Of a stretch of 64,000 nucleotides of DNA, positions 55,617 to 64,000 are shown one piece after another. Under the pieces are notes generated by a model. The model had not been told where the DNA came from. It saw only the letters and a list, made by a program, of their open reading frames with translations, and did no database searches. Source of the DNA: an uncultured Bacteriovoracaceae bacterium (GTDB lineage Bacteria; Bdellovibrionota; Bacteriovoracia; Bacteriovoracales; Bacteriovoracaceae); assembly GCA_964012805.1 (NCBI GenBank), contig CAXGUD010000005.1, positions 32,001-96,000 of the forward strand, in the 5' to 3' direction. The position numbers and the translations under genes were made by a program. Each line of letters starts with the position of its first letter. Position 1 is the first letter of the stretch.

Positions 55617-56561
55617 TTACTTATTGCTTTTTTGACTTAAAACAACAATTTTTTCGGGAAATATTCTAATTCCTAAATAGAAAGATAGTATTGCCACAGG
55701 AAAGGCAGCCAGTAAATCTAAAGTATAGTGATATCTAAGACCGATGGTGGCCAGCATAATAGAAAGGGTCAAAAAGAGACACCATTTAAAGTGGGGGTGT
55801 TTGGTATAAAAAGACCATAGGCAAACAAGGACTGCAATCCCTGTATGGCCACTCGGAAAGCAATCAATTTTAGTATATTGAGCCGAGTGAACAGCTTCAT
55901 AAAAGAAATTTCCTACAATACTTAAAGGAAGAGGATCTCTAAAAATTTCTTCCAAGTAGTACTGGGGACCTGTAACTGGTATAAATAAATAAAAAAGAAA
56001 GTTAACCCCATAATAGAGATTTATAGTGGAAAAATAAGAAATGATTTTATATTTTTCATTATCATCTAAATTTACATAATAAAGAACTCCAAAATAAAAA
56101 GGCATAATATAATAACTCATATAACTTAAAACCATATAGTCATAAAAGAATAATCTCATGACTTCATTCCAGCTTGATGTATATTCCCAAATAAATTGAG
56201 CACCCTGAAGTCCAAAAAGCCAATTATCAAAGTCTACAAATACTCTATCCACTCGAGGGAAACCTCCCACCGAACGATCAATATGACCGACTAAAAGGTA
56301 GTTCAAACCGATAGCTAAACTCAAAGGAATAATTGAGTATAAGAATTTAATTGCTTTTTTTTGTGGCTTTATCAAATTCCTAAAGTAAAAAAAAATTAAA
56401 TAGATGAAAACAGGAATAAGACAATAGAAATTAAAAGGTCCAAAAATCAAACCACTTAAAATAAAAAGTAAAGTATTAAAAAAGATAATGGCCAATCCCA
56501 TTGCACCTAGGCCCATATCTTCCTTATAATCTTTCCAAAGATTCACAATTTTTTTGACCAT
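55617..56561 (-). CDS. PAP2-superfamily membrane phosphatase/phosphotransferase (Aur1-like)
   Basis: P..GP, DCFPSGH, RYHYTLD; multiple TM helices. Confidence 0.82.
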   Translation of the reverse strand: MVKKIVNLWKDYKEDMGLGAMGLAIIFFNTLLFILSGLIFGPFNFYCLIPVFIYLIFFYFRNLIKPQKKAIKFLYSIIPLSLAIGLNYLLVGHIDRSVGGFPRVDRVFVDFDNWLFGLQGAQFIWEYTSSWNEVMRLFFYDYMVLSYMSYYIMPFYFGVLYYVNLDDNEKYKIISYFSTINLYYGVNFLFYLFIPVTGPQYYLEEIFRDPLPLSIVGNFFYEAVHSAQYTKIDCFPSGHTGIAVLVCLWSFYTKHPHFKWCLFLTLSIMLATIGLRYHYTLDLLAAFPVAILSFYLGIRIFPEKIVVLSQKSNK

Positions 56562-56619
56562 CCTATCTTCTTAATGTAGCCCTTTTTAAGTATTTACCTA
56601 TTATAAAGTCTTGAGAGCC

Positions 56620-57846
56620 ATGATCAAAAACGTATTTTGCTTTTATTTAGTTATTTCTCCAGGTTTAGAGGAAATTTCTTTAAATGAAATTGAAAATAAA
56701 TGGGTTGTTTTTTTTCCTGACGAGAAAATTCCTGAAATTAAAACGGTTGTTGGAGGCTTAGAAGTCGACATTTCATTAGAAAAGGGAGTTCTTTTAAACC
56801 AAATACTCAAAATACCAACCAGAGTTTTATTAAGGCTCAAGGAATTTAAGTGTAGGGATTTACCAAAACTATACAACAAAATAAAAAATATTGACTGGTC
56901 ACCCTTTCTAACAGAAGCTCCAATTTCACTCAAAATATCTTGTCACCAATCAAGACTTTTCCATACTAATAAAATTGAATTAACTGTTGCAAAAGCATTC
57001 CAAGTATATTTCAAAGGTTTCCCAGCCAAAAAGAAATATATTGAAAATGCAAAAAAGTTCCACCCAACAGCTCTCTACATTAGGTTTGATAATGACATTT
57101 GCACTTTGAGTATAGATACATCGGGAGAGCCACTCTACAAAAGGTCAAAAAGACCATTTAACGGTAAAGCTCCGATAAGAGAAAATTATGGAGCAGCTCT
57201 TTGCTTTTCGTTAAAAAAAGAAATTGAACTAATTAGCAAATCCCAAAGCGCTACTAACTTTCACTTAATCGACCCGATGTGTGGAAGTGGAACTTTCCTT
57301 GTTGAGGCAAATAATTGGTTGAGACCAAATCAGGAAAGAAATTTCTCTTACTTTTCCTACCCTTGCTTTAAACTTGCTCCTCCTTCCTTGTTTATTAAAA
57401 ATCGTTCAAATGAAATATCACAAAACAAAAGTTCTCTTTTTTTAACATCAAGTGGATATGAAGCGAACGCTACCATTCTTCAAAAAACAAAAGAAAATAA
57501 CTTAAACTTTGAACCAGAGATTAATATTTTAAAACACGATATTCTTTCAAGTGATAATATGAAGGACTTACCAAATGGTAATAAAGCCGTCATCTTTAAC
57601 CCTCCCTACGGAAAGCGTATTAAATTAAGTCAAAAACCCACATCGTATTACCCCTCTCTTTTTAAAAAAATAAAAGAAAAAATTAACCCAGAGTTTTTGG
57701 CCGTTGTTTTTCCCTTACCAGAAGATGAAAAAGATAAAAACATAATTCTGAGTTCAATTAAACCCTATAAACTCGTAAAGAAAATTGCCTTCAAAAACGG
57801 AGGGATCCCAGTCTTTTTTATGATTTTTTGTAGACAGCTGTCCTAA
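56620..57846 (+). CDS. THUMP-domain RNA m2G methyltransferase (RlmL/YpsC-like)
   Basis: PGLE, SIDTSGEPLYKR, APIREN, DPMCGSGT, NPPYG. Confidence 0.88.
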   Translation: MIKNVFCFYLVISPGLEEISLNEIENKWVVFFPDEKIPEIKTVVGGLEVDISLEKGVLLNQILKIPTRVLLRLKEFKCRDLPKLYNKIKNIDWSPFLTEAPISLKISCHQSRLFHTNKIELTVAKAFQVYFKGFPAKKKYIENAKKFHPTALYIRFDNDICTLSIDTSGEPLYKRSKRPFNGKAPIRENYGAALCFSLKKEIELISKSQSATNFHLIDPMCGSGTFLVEANNWLRPNQERNFSYFSYPCFKLAPPSLFIKNRSNEISQNKSSLFLTSSGYEANATILQKTKENNLNFEPEINILKHDILSSDNMKDLPNGNKAVIFNPPYGKRIKLSQKPTSYYPSLFKKIKEKINPEFLAVVFPLPEDEKDKNIILSSIKPYKLVKKIAFKNGGIPVFFMIFCRQLS

Positions 57847-58996
57847 CACTTAGAGCACTTATATGAGGGACAAAAACAACTTCTCCATGAGTTCCCATTT
57901 CTACATCTTCTAATAAAGCGTTTCTTAAAAAATAGGCCTTTTGAGTTTTGACTTTACCTTCAGGAGTTTTAAACTCTAATTCATCGTTAAGACTTACATT
58001 TTCTTTTGGGTTTTTTAACAGGACGGCAACATAATTTTTTTTAACAACTTCAACAACTTCACCCAAGTAGTTTTCATCCTTTCTTTGAATTCTATGGTTT
58101 TTAAGCTTTTTAAATAAAACATCACTTTTATTAGCTTTAAAAAAACCTTGAATACACTTTTGAGAAAAGTAATCTTTTACGTTGGACAAATTAATTCCAC
58201 TTCTCAAAATTGGACCGACTTTTTCAAGTAAAGGGATGCATTCTTCTCCTCTTAAATCAAATCTTAAAAAATTAAGACCCATTCCTTTTAACTCGGAAGC
58301 ATGTTCTAAAAGATTATGTCCTTTTGGATGGTACATAAAAGTGCCATGTCTATTCTCTATTATAGGAAAGTCTTTATGGGGGGTTTCGGAACTTGCACCT
58401 GTAACTTCAATAAACTCTTCCTTTAAGCTAAAAGATGGGCTTAAAAGATTTCTAGGAGTATAAAAAAGCAAGATCCTACCTAGTCCTAAAAGTTCTGTTT
58501 CACAGGGTATTTTTGATAAAAATAATTGAAGTGTTTTTTTTGGCAATTCTAAGGATAAAACGATCCGCTTTAATTGTACTCCCAAATGCCCTATCCACCC
58601 TGATATTGATTCAAAATTATGGTGTCCAGTTTCTAATATTAGATGAATAGGTATATCGGGGTATTTAGATTTTAAAAACTCCACAGCTCCGGGATCTTGA
58701 ACCCTTATTGCAGAAAATATTTCCAAAGGCACATCTTTCAAATATAATTCAACCTTCTGAAATATATTTTCAGTCATTAAAATATCCCAACTAAGTATCG
58801 GGCTCAAACCAGATTTAACCGCAATCCTGGCCAATCTTATTAATTCATCTAATTTAAGCCTCCCCATTCTAGAGAGCTCTCTTGGCTCTAAAATGACTTC
58901 TTTAAAACCTGCTTTTTTAAAAGGAAGAATTTGATCTTCACTTTCCAAATAGGTGTTCATCGAGGGTAAAGTATTTTTTGCCTCTTTAATAATCAC
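57818..58996 (-). CDS. Peptidase U32 family protein, Cys-less partner subunit (TrhP1/YrrN-like)
   Basis: VQDPG, RIVLSLEL, ENRHGTFM; lacks the Cys cluster; GTGA-coupled to the upstream U32 gene. Confidence 0.75.
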   Translation of the reverse strand: MIIKEAKNTLPSMNTYLESEDQILPFKKAGFKEVILEPRELSRMGRLKLDELIRLARIAVKSGLSPILSWDILMTENIFQKVELYLKDVPLEIFSAIRVQDPGAVEFLKSKYPDIPIHLILETGHHNFESISGWIGHLGVQLKRIVLSLELPKKTLQLFLSKIPCETELLGLGRILLFYTPRNLLSPSFSLKEEFIEVTGASSETPHKDFPIIENRHGTFMYHPKGHNLLEHASELKGMGLNFLRFDLRGEECIPLLEKVGPILRSGINLSNVKDYFSQKCIQGFFKANKSDVLFKKLKNHRIQRKDENYLGEVVEVVKKNYVAVLLKNPKENVSLNDELEFKTPEGKVKTQKAYFLRNALLEDVEMGTHGEVVFVPHISALSVRTAVYKKS

Positions 58997-60201
58997 TGCT
59001 CAATCCTCTTTCTGATAATATTCCATTTTTTAACTCCTTCAAAAAGAGGAAGCTTAACGAGAAGACCTGGCTTTGTTTTTTCAAATTTTTCGCCTGCGAC
59101 ATTCTCTAAGCTCTCAGTTTTAAAAGTAATCGGTTCTCCCTCAAAAGGTAGTATTTCGAGCTCTTCCCCAGAAGAAAAGGAGCTTCTCACCTCTACAAGC
59201 ATAAAATTTTCGTGAATGACTTGAAGAACAAGCCCTACAATTACAAACTCTTTTTCCTCAGTTTCCCTTTCAGAGTAAATAGAGTCTACACCTGCTTTCT
59301 CTACAAGGTTCCCCTCGTGATATTCCCGATGAGTAACTTTATTAAGTTCTTCTTTCCAAGAATAAAGATCCTCACTTAAAAAATGACCATTCTTGGAAAA
59401 GTAACTCAAAGCTTCTGAATAGACTTTTGAAGTCGTACCAGCATAAAGATGACTTTTCATTCTCCCTTCAATCTTTAGAGAGTCGATTCCATAGCGAATA
59501 AAATCAGGTAAAACACTTATCCCTTTCAAATCTTTTGAACTCATAAAAAAGGATTTAAGCTCTTTCTTAACTCCCGAATTTTCCTTACCTTCAAGAGTAT
59601 ACTCAAAACGGCAACTATGAGCACAGCCACCTCTATTTGAATCCCTCCCAGAAGTGTAATTAGAAATAACGCAGTTACCCGAGTAGGCCATACACATGGA
59701 ACCATGGATAAAAAGCTCTACCTCCAGTCCGGTTTCCTTTTTAATGAGGCTTGCCTCTTCTAAAGACACTTCTCTTCCAAGTACGATTCTTTGAACCCCC
59801 ATCTTTTTCCAAAAACGTGCTGATTGAATATTTAAGCAAGAAGCTTGAGTTGATAGGTGAATAGGTATATTGCTTACATTACGAACTGTCCTAACAACAC
59901 CCAAATCAGAAACAATAACAGCGTCAACGCTAATTTCCTCCAAAAAACTTACGAAAGCAGGAAGCTCGTCTAAATCTTGATCATGTAAAAAACTATTTAA
60001 AACAACAAAAACTTTAGCATTATTTTCGTGAGCAAAGCTAACGCCCTCTTCTAACTCTTGATAAGTTAAATTATCTGCAGCTGAGCGAAGACCAAATTTT
60101 TGACCGCCACAATAAACAGCATCGGCTCCATAAGATATAGAAACCTTGAGTTTTTCAAGACTTCCGGCTGGAGACAATAATTCAGGTACCCAATGACTCA
60201 T
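58993..60201 (-). CDS. Peptidase U32 family Fe-S tRNA hydroxylase (TrhP/YegQ/YrrO-like)
   Basis: PELLSPAG, GADAVY, HLSTQ, HGSMCMAYSGNC, NRGGCAHSCR, SLKIEGRMK. Confidence 0.9.
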   Translation of the reverse strand: MSHWVPELLSPAGSLEKLKVSISYGADAVYCGGQKFGLRSAADNLTYQELEEGVSFAHENNAKVFVVLNSFLHDQDLDELPAFVSFLEEISVDAVIVSDLGVVRTVRNVSNIPIHLSTQASCLNIQSARFWKKMGVQRIVLGREVSLEEASLIKKETGLEVELFIHGSMCMAYSGNCVISNYTSGRDSNRGGCAHSCRFEYTLEGKENSGVKKELKSFFMSSKDLKGISVLPDFIRYGIDSLKIEGRMKSHLYAGTTSKVYSEALSYFSKNGHFLSEDLYSWKEELNKVTHREYHEGNLVEKAGVDSIYSERETEEKEFVIVGLVLQVIHENFMLVEVRSSFSSGEELEILPFEGEPITFKTESLENVAGEKFEKTKPGLLVKLPLFEGVKKWNIIRKRIEQ

Positions 60202-60399
60202 CTTTTATTCACCTTCTTTGTCTGGAGACCTTTTTTTTTAAATATTCCCCTAGAAAATTGAAAGCTCGGTATATCACGCCACAAAATAGCCTGCAATCAC
60301 TGCGTAAAATTAATTTGGAACCATAGCAAAGGAAGCCCGCTGATAACGCGACACGCAATTAAAATTGACGGGTTAGGACAATATTTCTAGAATTAAGAC

Positions 60400-61518
60400 A
60401 TGAAAAAATTTCTTCTCCTTTCCCTAACACTGTCAATAATTTTTGGTTTAAAAGTCTATAAAAAGTACGAGAAAAACCCTGTAAATATAACTCCTTACCC
60501 TTTTCACATTGTTGAAGACTATAAAAAACAAATTCCAATTGTTGAAAGGGCCTCAGTTGTCATTGTAGGCGATCAAATGGGACATAACCTCAATACTTAT
60601 TTACCCTCTCTTATCAAAGATATCTCCAGCAATTTGGCAGAAGTCATTAAAGTCTTCAATTGGTCTCGAAAAAATGAGGGAATGCACCGCACACTTTCTA
60701 AAATAAAGTCCTTAAAAAACTTACCAGAAATAATTATCTATCATGGAGGAAGCGAAGAATTTTTTGAAAAGACATTCTTTATTAAAGACAAAGAAACAAT
60801 TCTGGCCAATTTTAAAAAACATTCTGATGAAAAAATTCTTTCCCTTATAATGGCCTTTCCAACTTTATCAAAGTTTATATATGAGCCAGTTACCACTATT
60901 GAGTTGGATCAGTGGAATAAAGACAATGATGAGCTCGAAGGACAGGACAAACTTTCAAAAATGGAAATGACCTATAAGTTTTTCAGGTATCAACTCTGGG
61001 ATATGGTTAATTACATAAAGGAAAAAAACTCGACACTGATTCTTCTTACAACTCCAATCAATTTAAAAATTCCTCCCAAAAAAGTATGTAAAGGTACCAC
61101 TAATGCACTTTTAAACCTTGAGCTGGACAAGATTGAGAAAGAGATAAAAAATGAAAAGTTTAATATCGCCTTTCAAAAATTAGAACTTTTAAAGAAGAAA
61201 GTTTTAGGAAATTCAAAGGTCTTATATTTCTCTGGTATTTCTACAGAAAAACTAGGCTTCCCAAAAACAGCAGAAAAAATACTACAAAAGTCTGCCGTTT
61301 TTGACTGCGGCACATGGAGAGGTAACAAAATTTTTAATAATATTATTAGGGAAGCTTCCACAAAGCATGATCTTTTTCTAATCGACTTTGACAAAATAGT
61401 AAACTCTCAATTTGGAAAGGGTCCGCTTTTTATAGGAGATACATACCCTCAAACTTTTTTTTACAAAAAAGTCCTAGAAGAAATAAAGCAAATTATTAAT
61501 CAAACATTGGAAATCTAA
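60400..61518 (+). CDS. Exported SGNH/GDSL-fold-like protein with degenerate active site
   Basis: N-terminal anchor; VIVGDQ (cf. GDS), IIYHGG, GDTYP (cf. DxxHP); helical TPR-like insert. Confidence 0.55.
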   Translation: MKKFLLLSLTLSIIFGLKVYKKYEKNPVNITPYPFHIVEDYKKQIPIVERASVVIVGDQMGHNLNTYLPSLIKDISSNLAEVIKVFNWSRKNEGMHRTLSKIKSLKNLPEIIIYHGGSEEFFEKTFFIKDKETILANFKKHSDEKILSLIMAFPTLSKFIYEPVTTIELDQWNKDNDELEGQDKLSKMEMTYKFFRYQLWDMVNYIKEKNSTLILLTTPINLKIPPKKVCKGTTNALLNLELDKIEKEIKNEKFNIAFQKLELLKKKVLGNSKVLYFSGISTEKLGFPKTAEKILQKSAVFDCGTWRGNKIFNNIIREASTKHDLFLIDFDKIVNSQFGKGPLFIGDTYPQTFFYKKVLEEIKQIINQTLEI

Positions 61519-61519
61519 T

Positions 61520-61966
61520 ATGGTCGAGAGAAAAAATATAAGCCTTAAAAAAGACTCTATAATTTTAGCGGAGGGAGATATTAACAGGGATCTTTTTTTA
61601 ATAAATAAAGGAAAAGTTCTAGCTTTTGTAACAAGAAGAACAGAGGTTACTCCTGTCGCCTATTTTGGGGTAGGAGACTTTATAGGGGAGCTTTCTTTTT
61701 TCGATAAAAACCCAAGAAGTGCCAATCTTGTTTGTCTCGAAGATACTGATTTCCAGGTTTACCCTTACGAAAAAAGTCTTAAACAGTTTCCCAAATGGAG
61801 TCTAACTCTAGCCGAATCAATTACCAAAAAAATCCGTCATTACGACAATATTCTAAAAAACAAAGGTATAAGAAGAAAAAATGAAGAAGTCTTAAAACCT
61901 CTAAGCATTGAAACTCAGAGGCACTACTTTAAACTTTTACAAGATTATAAGAATTCACAAGAATAA
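61520..61966 (+). CDS. Cyclic-nucleotide-binding domain protein (no HTH)
   Basis: EGD, G.V, GDFIGELSF...PRSA. Confidence 0.85.
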   Translation: MVERKNISLKKDSIILAEGDINRDLFLINKGKVLAFVTRRTEVTPVAYFGVGDFIGELSFFDKNPRSANLVCLEDTDFQVYPYEKSLKQFPKWSLTLAESITKKIRHYDNILKNKGIRRKNEEVLKPLSIETQRHYFKLLQDYKNSQE

Positions 61967-61997
61967 GAGTTTAGACGAATATCTTAGTCTAAACTCT
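61966..61997. terminator. Hairpin between the convergent cNMP-binding gene and mdh
   Basis: AGAGTTTAGAC-N10-GTCTAAACTCT, 11-bp perfect stem. Confidence 0.6.
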
Positions 61998-62027
61998 CTT
62001 CCACATAGGCATCAAAAAATGTTTTTC

Positions 62028-63017
62028 TTAAATAAGGCCCATTTCTTTTACAGAGTCTCTTTCTTTTTTAAGTTCCTCATGAGTCGTATTAAACTTATCT
62101 TGCCCAAACTCTCCATGAGTAACACCTTCAACTACCTTTAAAATGCCATTTTCTGTCCGGCAAGGATAAGAAAAGATTAGACCTTCTTCAACACCGTATT
62201 GACCAGAGGATGGAATGCACATGGAGTAGGTCTCTCCTTCTGGAGTGTCGTGAGTTAGGTTATATATTCCTTGAACAATGGCATTTGCTGCAGAAGCAGC
62301 TGAGGAAGCTCCTCTTGCTTTAATAATGGCAGCCCCTCTTTTTTGAACAGTTGTTATAAAATCACCTTTTAGCCATTCATGATCGGTAATAACGTCAGGA
62401 GCAGGCTTACCGTCTATTTTTGCATTATAGAAGTCTGGGTACTGAGTTGCAGAATGGTTCCCCCAAATAGTCATATTTGATATGGAAGTTACATCTACTC
62501 CAGCTTTTTGTGCCAATTGAGTTCTAGCTCTTAATTCGTCTAGCATTGTCATAGCATAGAATCTTTCCTTAGAAAGCCCAGATGCTGCGTGCATTGCAAT
62601 CAAGCAATTCGTATTACAAGGGTTCCCCACAACAAAAACTTTACAGTCCTCAGCTCCATGATCTTTGATGGCCTTTCCTTGACCTGTAAAGATTCCCCCA
62701 TTTATTTTAAGAAGGTCGGCCCTCTCCATCCCATCTTTTCTAGGCACAGCACCCACTAAAATGGCCCAATTAACACCATTCATGGCCTCTTCCAACTTAT
62801 CCGTACAAACAATTTTTTTCAAAAGAGGAAAAGCACAATCATCTAGCTCCATTGCTACTCCTTGCAACGCAGAAAGCGCTTGAGGGAGCTCAAGAAGCTG
62901 GAGTTCAACCTCGGTATCAGGGCCAAACATTTGTCCTGAAGCAATTCTAAAAACAAGGGCGTACCCGATCTGTCCTGCTGCACCGGTTATTGCGACTTTA
63001 ACTCTTTGTTTTGTCAT
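62028..63017 (-). CDS. mdh: Malate dehydrogenase (dimeric, MDH type 2)
   Basis: [57 protein letters not shown]. Confidence 0.97.
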   Translation of the reverse strand: MTKQRVKVAITGAAGQIGYALVFRIASGQMFGPDTEVELQLLELPQALSALQGVAMELDDCAFPLLKKIVCTDKLEEAMNGVNWAILVGAVPRKDGMERADLLKINGGIFTGQGKAIKDHGAEDCKVFVVGNPCNTNCLIAMHAASGLSKERFYAMTMLDELRARTQLAQKAGVDVTSISNMTIWGNHSATQYPDFYNAKIDGKPAPDVITDHEWLKGDFITTVQKRGAAIIKARGASSAASAANAIVQGIYNLTHDTPEGETYSMCIPSSGQYGVEEGLIFSYPCRTENGILKVVEGVTHGEFGQDKFNTTHEELKKERDSVKEMGLI

Positions 63018-63231
63018 AAGAACTCCTCTATGTTTTTAAATTCTAAGCAACAATTTCTATTATTTTTCACGATGGACTATAACTATTTGAATTCCTTTTG
63101 GGTAGTCTGACCGTGTTAGTCAATATGCTTACACACCCTATGAGAGACAATTCCATCGACAATACCTGAAAAGAAAGTTACTTATTTAGGCTTAAAGCAA
63201 AAAACTTACCATTGTTCCTAAAGGAAACTTT

Positions 63232-63858
63232 ATGAATCATTCAAAAGGTGGTCCTCAAAAAAGAAGTCCATCGAACCGACAAGGCCCTTCCTCATCTAGA
63301 AATAGAAACCAGAGGAAGCGTTATAATCAAAATAGATCTGAAAATGAAAGATCGGAAAAAAAGGGCGACTCCTATAAGAATCGAAGAGGACAAAAGCCCT
63401 ACTCCAAAGGTGGTAACTACCGCTCCCAGCAGTCCAGGCTATCGCCTTTGGATTCACTTATAAAAAGATATGGAAAACTACTTGACCTACACTTAGCTGC
63501 AAGAAAAAAGCATCATGACCTCTTCTACAAAGCTGACCCACAGCAAAAGGCAAAATTAGAAAAAAATTACTACTATACTTTAGACAATCTTAGAAAATTT
63601 GAGGAAGCCTTAAAGCCTGAGGACAAGGAGTTGTTTCACAAAAATTTTAAAGAGCTAAGCCCCGATCAAACGTACTCTGTGAATCGCAACTTACCATTGC
63701 AAGATGAACAACCTTCTCCAAGAGAACAAGAGGCTGAAGAACCTTCTCCAGTTGAAGATCCACATTTATTAATTAGCCAAACCCAAGAATCATTTACTCA
63801 CGATACTGAAGAAAGTGTTGGTTCAATGGAAGACTACAAGAGGCTAAAAGGTCTTTAA
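63232..63858 (+). CDS. Hypothetical protein with basic disordered N-terminus, helical core and acidic tail
   Basis: AAGGA RBS; R/N/S-rich N-terminus; coherent 208-aa ORF. Confidence 0.7.
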   Translation: MNHSKGGPQKRSPSNRQGPSSSRNRNQRKRYNQNRSENERSEKKGDSYKNRRGQKPYSKGGNYRSQQSRLSPLDSLIKRYGKLLDLHLAARKKHHDLFYKADPQQKAKLEKNYYYTLDNLRKFEEALKPEDKELFHKNFKELSPDQTYSVNRNLPLQDEQPSPREQEAEEPSPVEDPHLLISQTQESFTHDTEESVGSMEDYKRLKGL

Positions 63859-64000
63859 ACTTATCCTACAATTCATGTGTATATTAGGTCTTAAACCCTC
63901 ATTAAAAATGAAAAGTTCTTCTTGAGATACAAAATAGTAAAAAAAGAAGAGCTTAGTAGGCCCCCTTTTTGAGCTCGGGTTGACCCAGAAAAGAAGGCGT

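Noticed and set aside
60250..60390. Relatively GC-rich intergenic stretch with weak end complementarity (CTAGAAA/TTTCTAG); considered as 6S or SRP RNA
   Set aside because: Pairing is short and discontinuous with no diagnostic motifs; would need an Rfam scan
63064..63172. Scattered inverted repeats (CGATGGA/TCCATCG, GGGT/ACCC) between mdh and the hypothetical gene
   Set aside because: Too short to distinguish from chance; no recognisable RNA family
1866..63463. Many short (60-180 aa) ORFs in the ORF track antisense to or overlapping long genes, e.g. 10316-10864, 14745-15131, 45051-45341
   Set aside because: Shadow ORFs of well-supported genes, with no motifs or RBS
63860..64000. Possible 3' end of a minus-strand gene at the window edge
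   Set aside because: Several short open frames; none can be assigned
1..64000. CRISPR arrays, tRNA/rRNA genes, integrases, transposases, prophage or known defence genes
   Set aside because: No regularly spaced repeats, T-loop/cloverleaf signatures or matching protein motifs seen by eye

Overview
AT-rich bacterial chromosomal segment. Gene style and the conserved hypotheticals suggest a Bdellovibrionota (Bacteriovoracia/Halobacteriovorax-like) organism; this is inference only. Housekeeping genes include topB, tpx, trxB, mdh, fdhD/ydeP, acuI, a U32 tRNA-hydroxylase pair, two RNA methyltransferases and a Bacteroidota-style mevalonate operon lacking HMG-CoA synthase. A visibly more AT-rich block at about 8.3-25.2 kb is bracketed by two inward-facing histidine kinases. 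It encodes what looks like an undescribed small-molecule or lipid tailoring system: a di-iron hydroxylase/desaturase fused to a GH3 acyl-amido synthetase, an enolase-superfamily enzyme, a YUCCA-like FMO, a P450, a stand-alone E2-type acyltransferase, a BASS symporter and an RND pump, in interleaved opposite-strand units. Also present are an EVE + AmmeMemoRadiSam locus without AMMECR1, a furan/cyclopropane fatty-acid-type operon with a palindromic operator, several sigma28-like promoter motifs, a three-way-junction structured element upstream of an extended ClpP, and a perfect 25-bp palindrome. No rRNA, tRNA, CRISPR array, integrase or transposase was seen.
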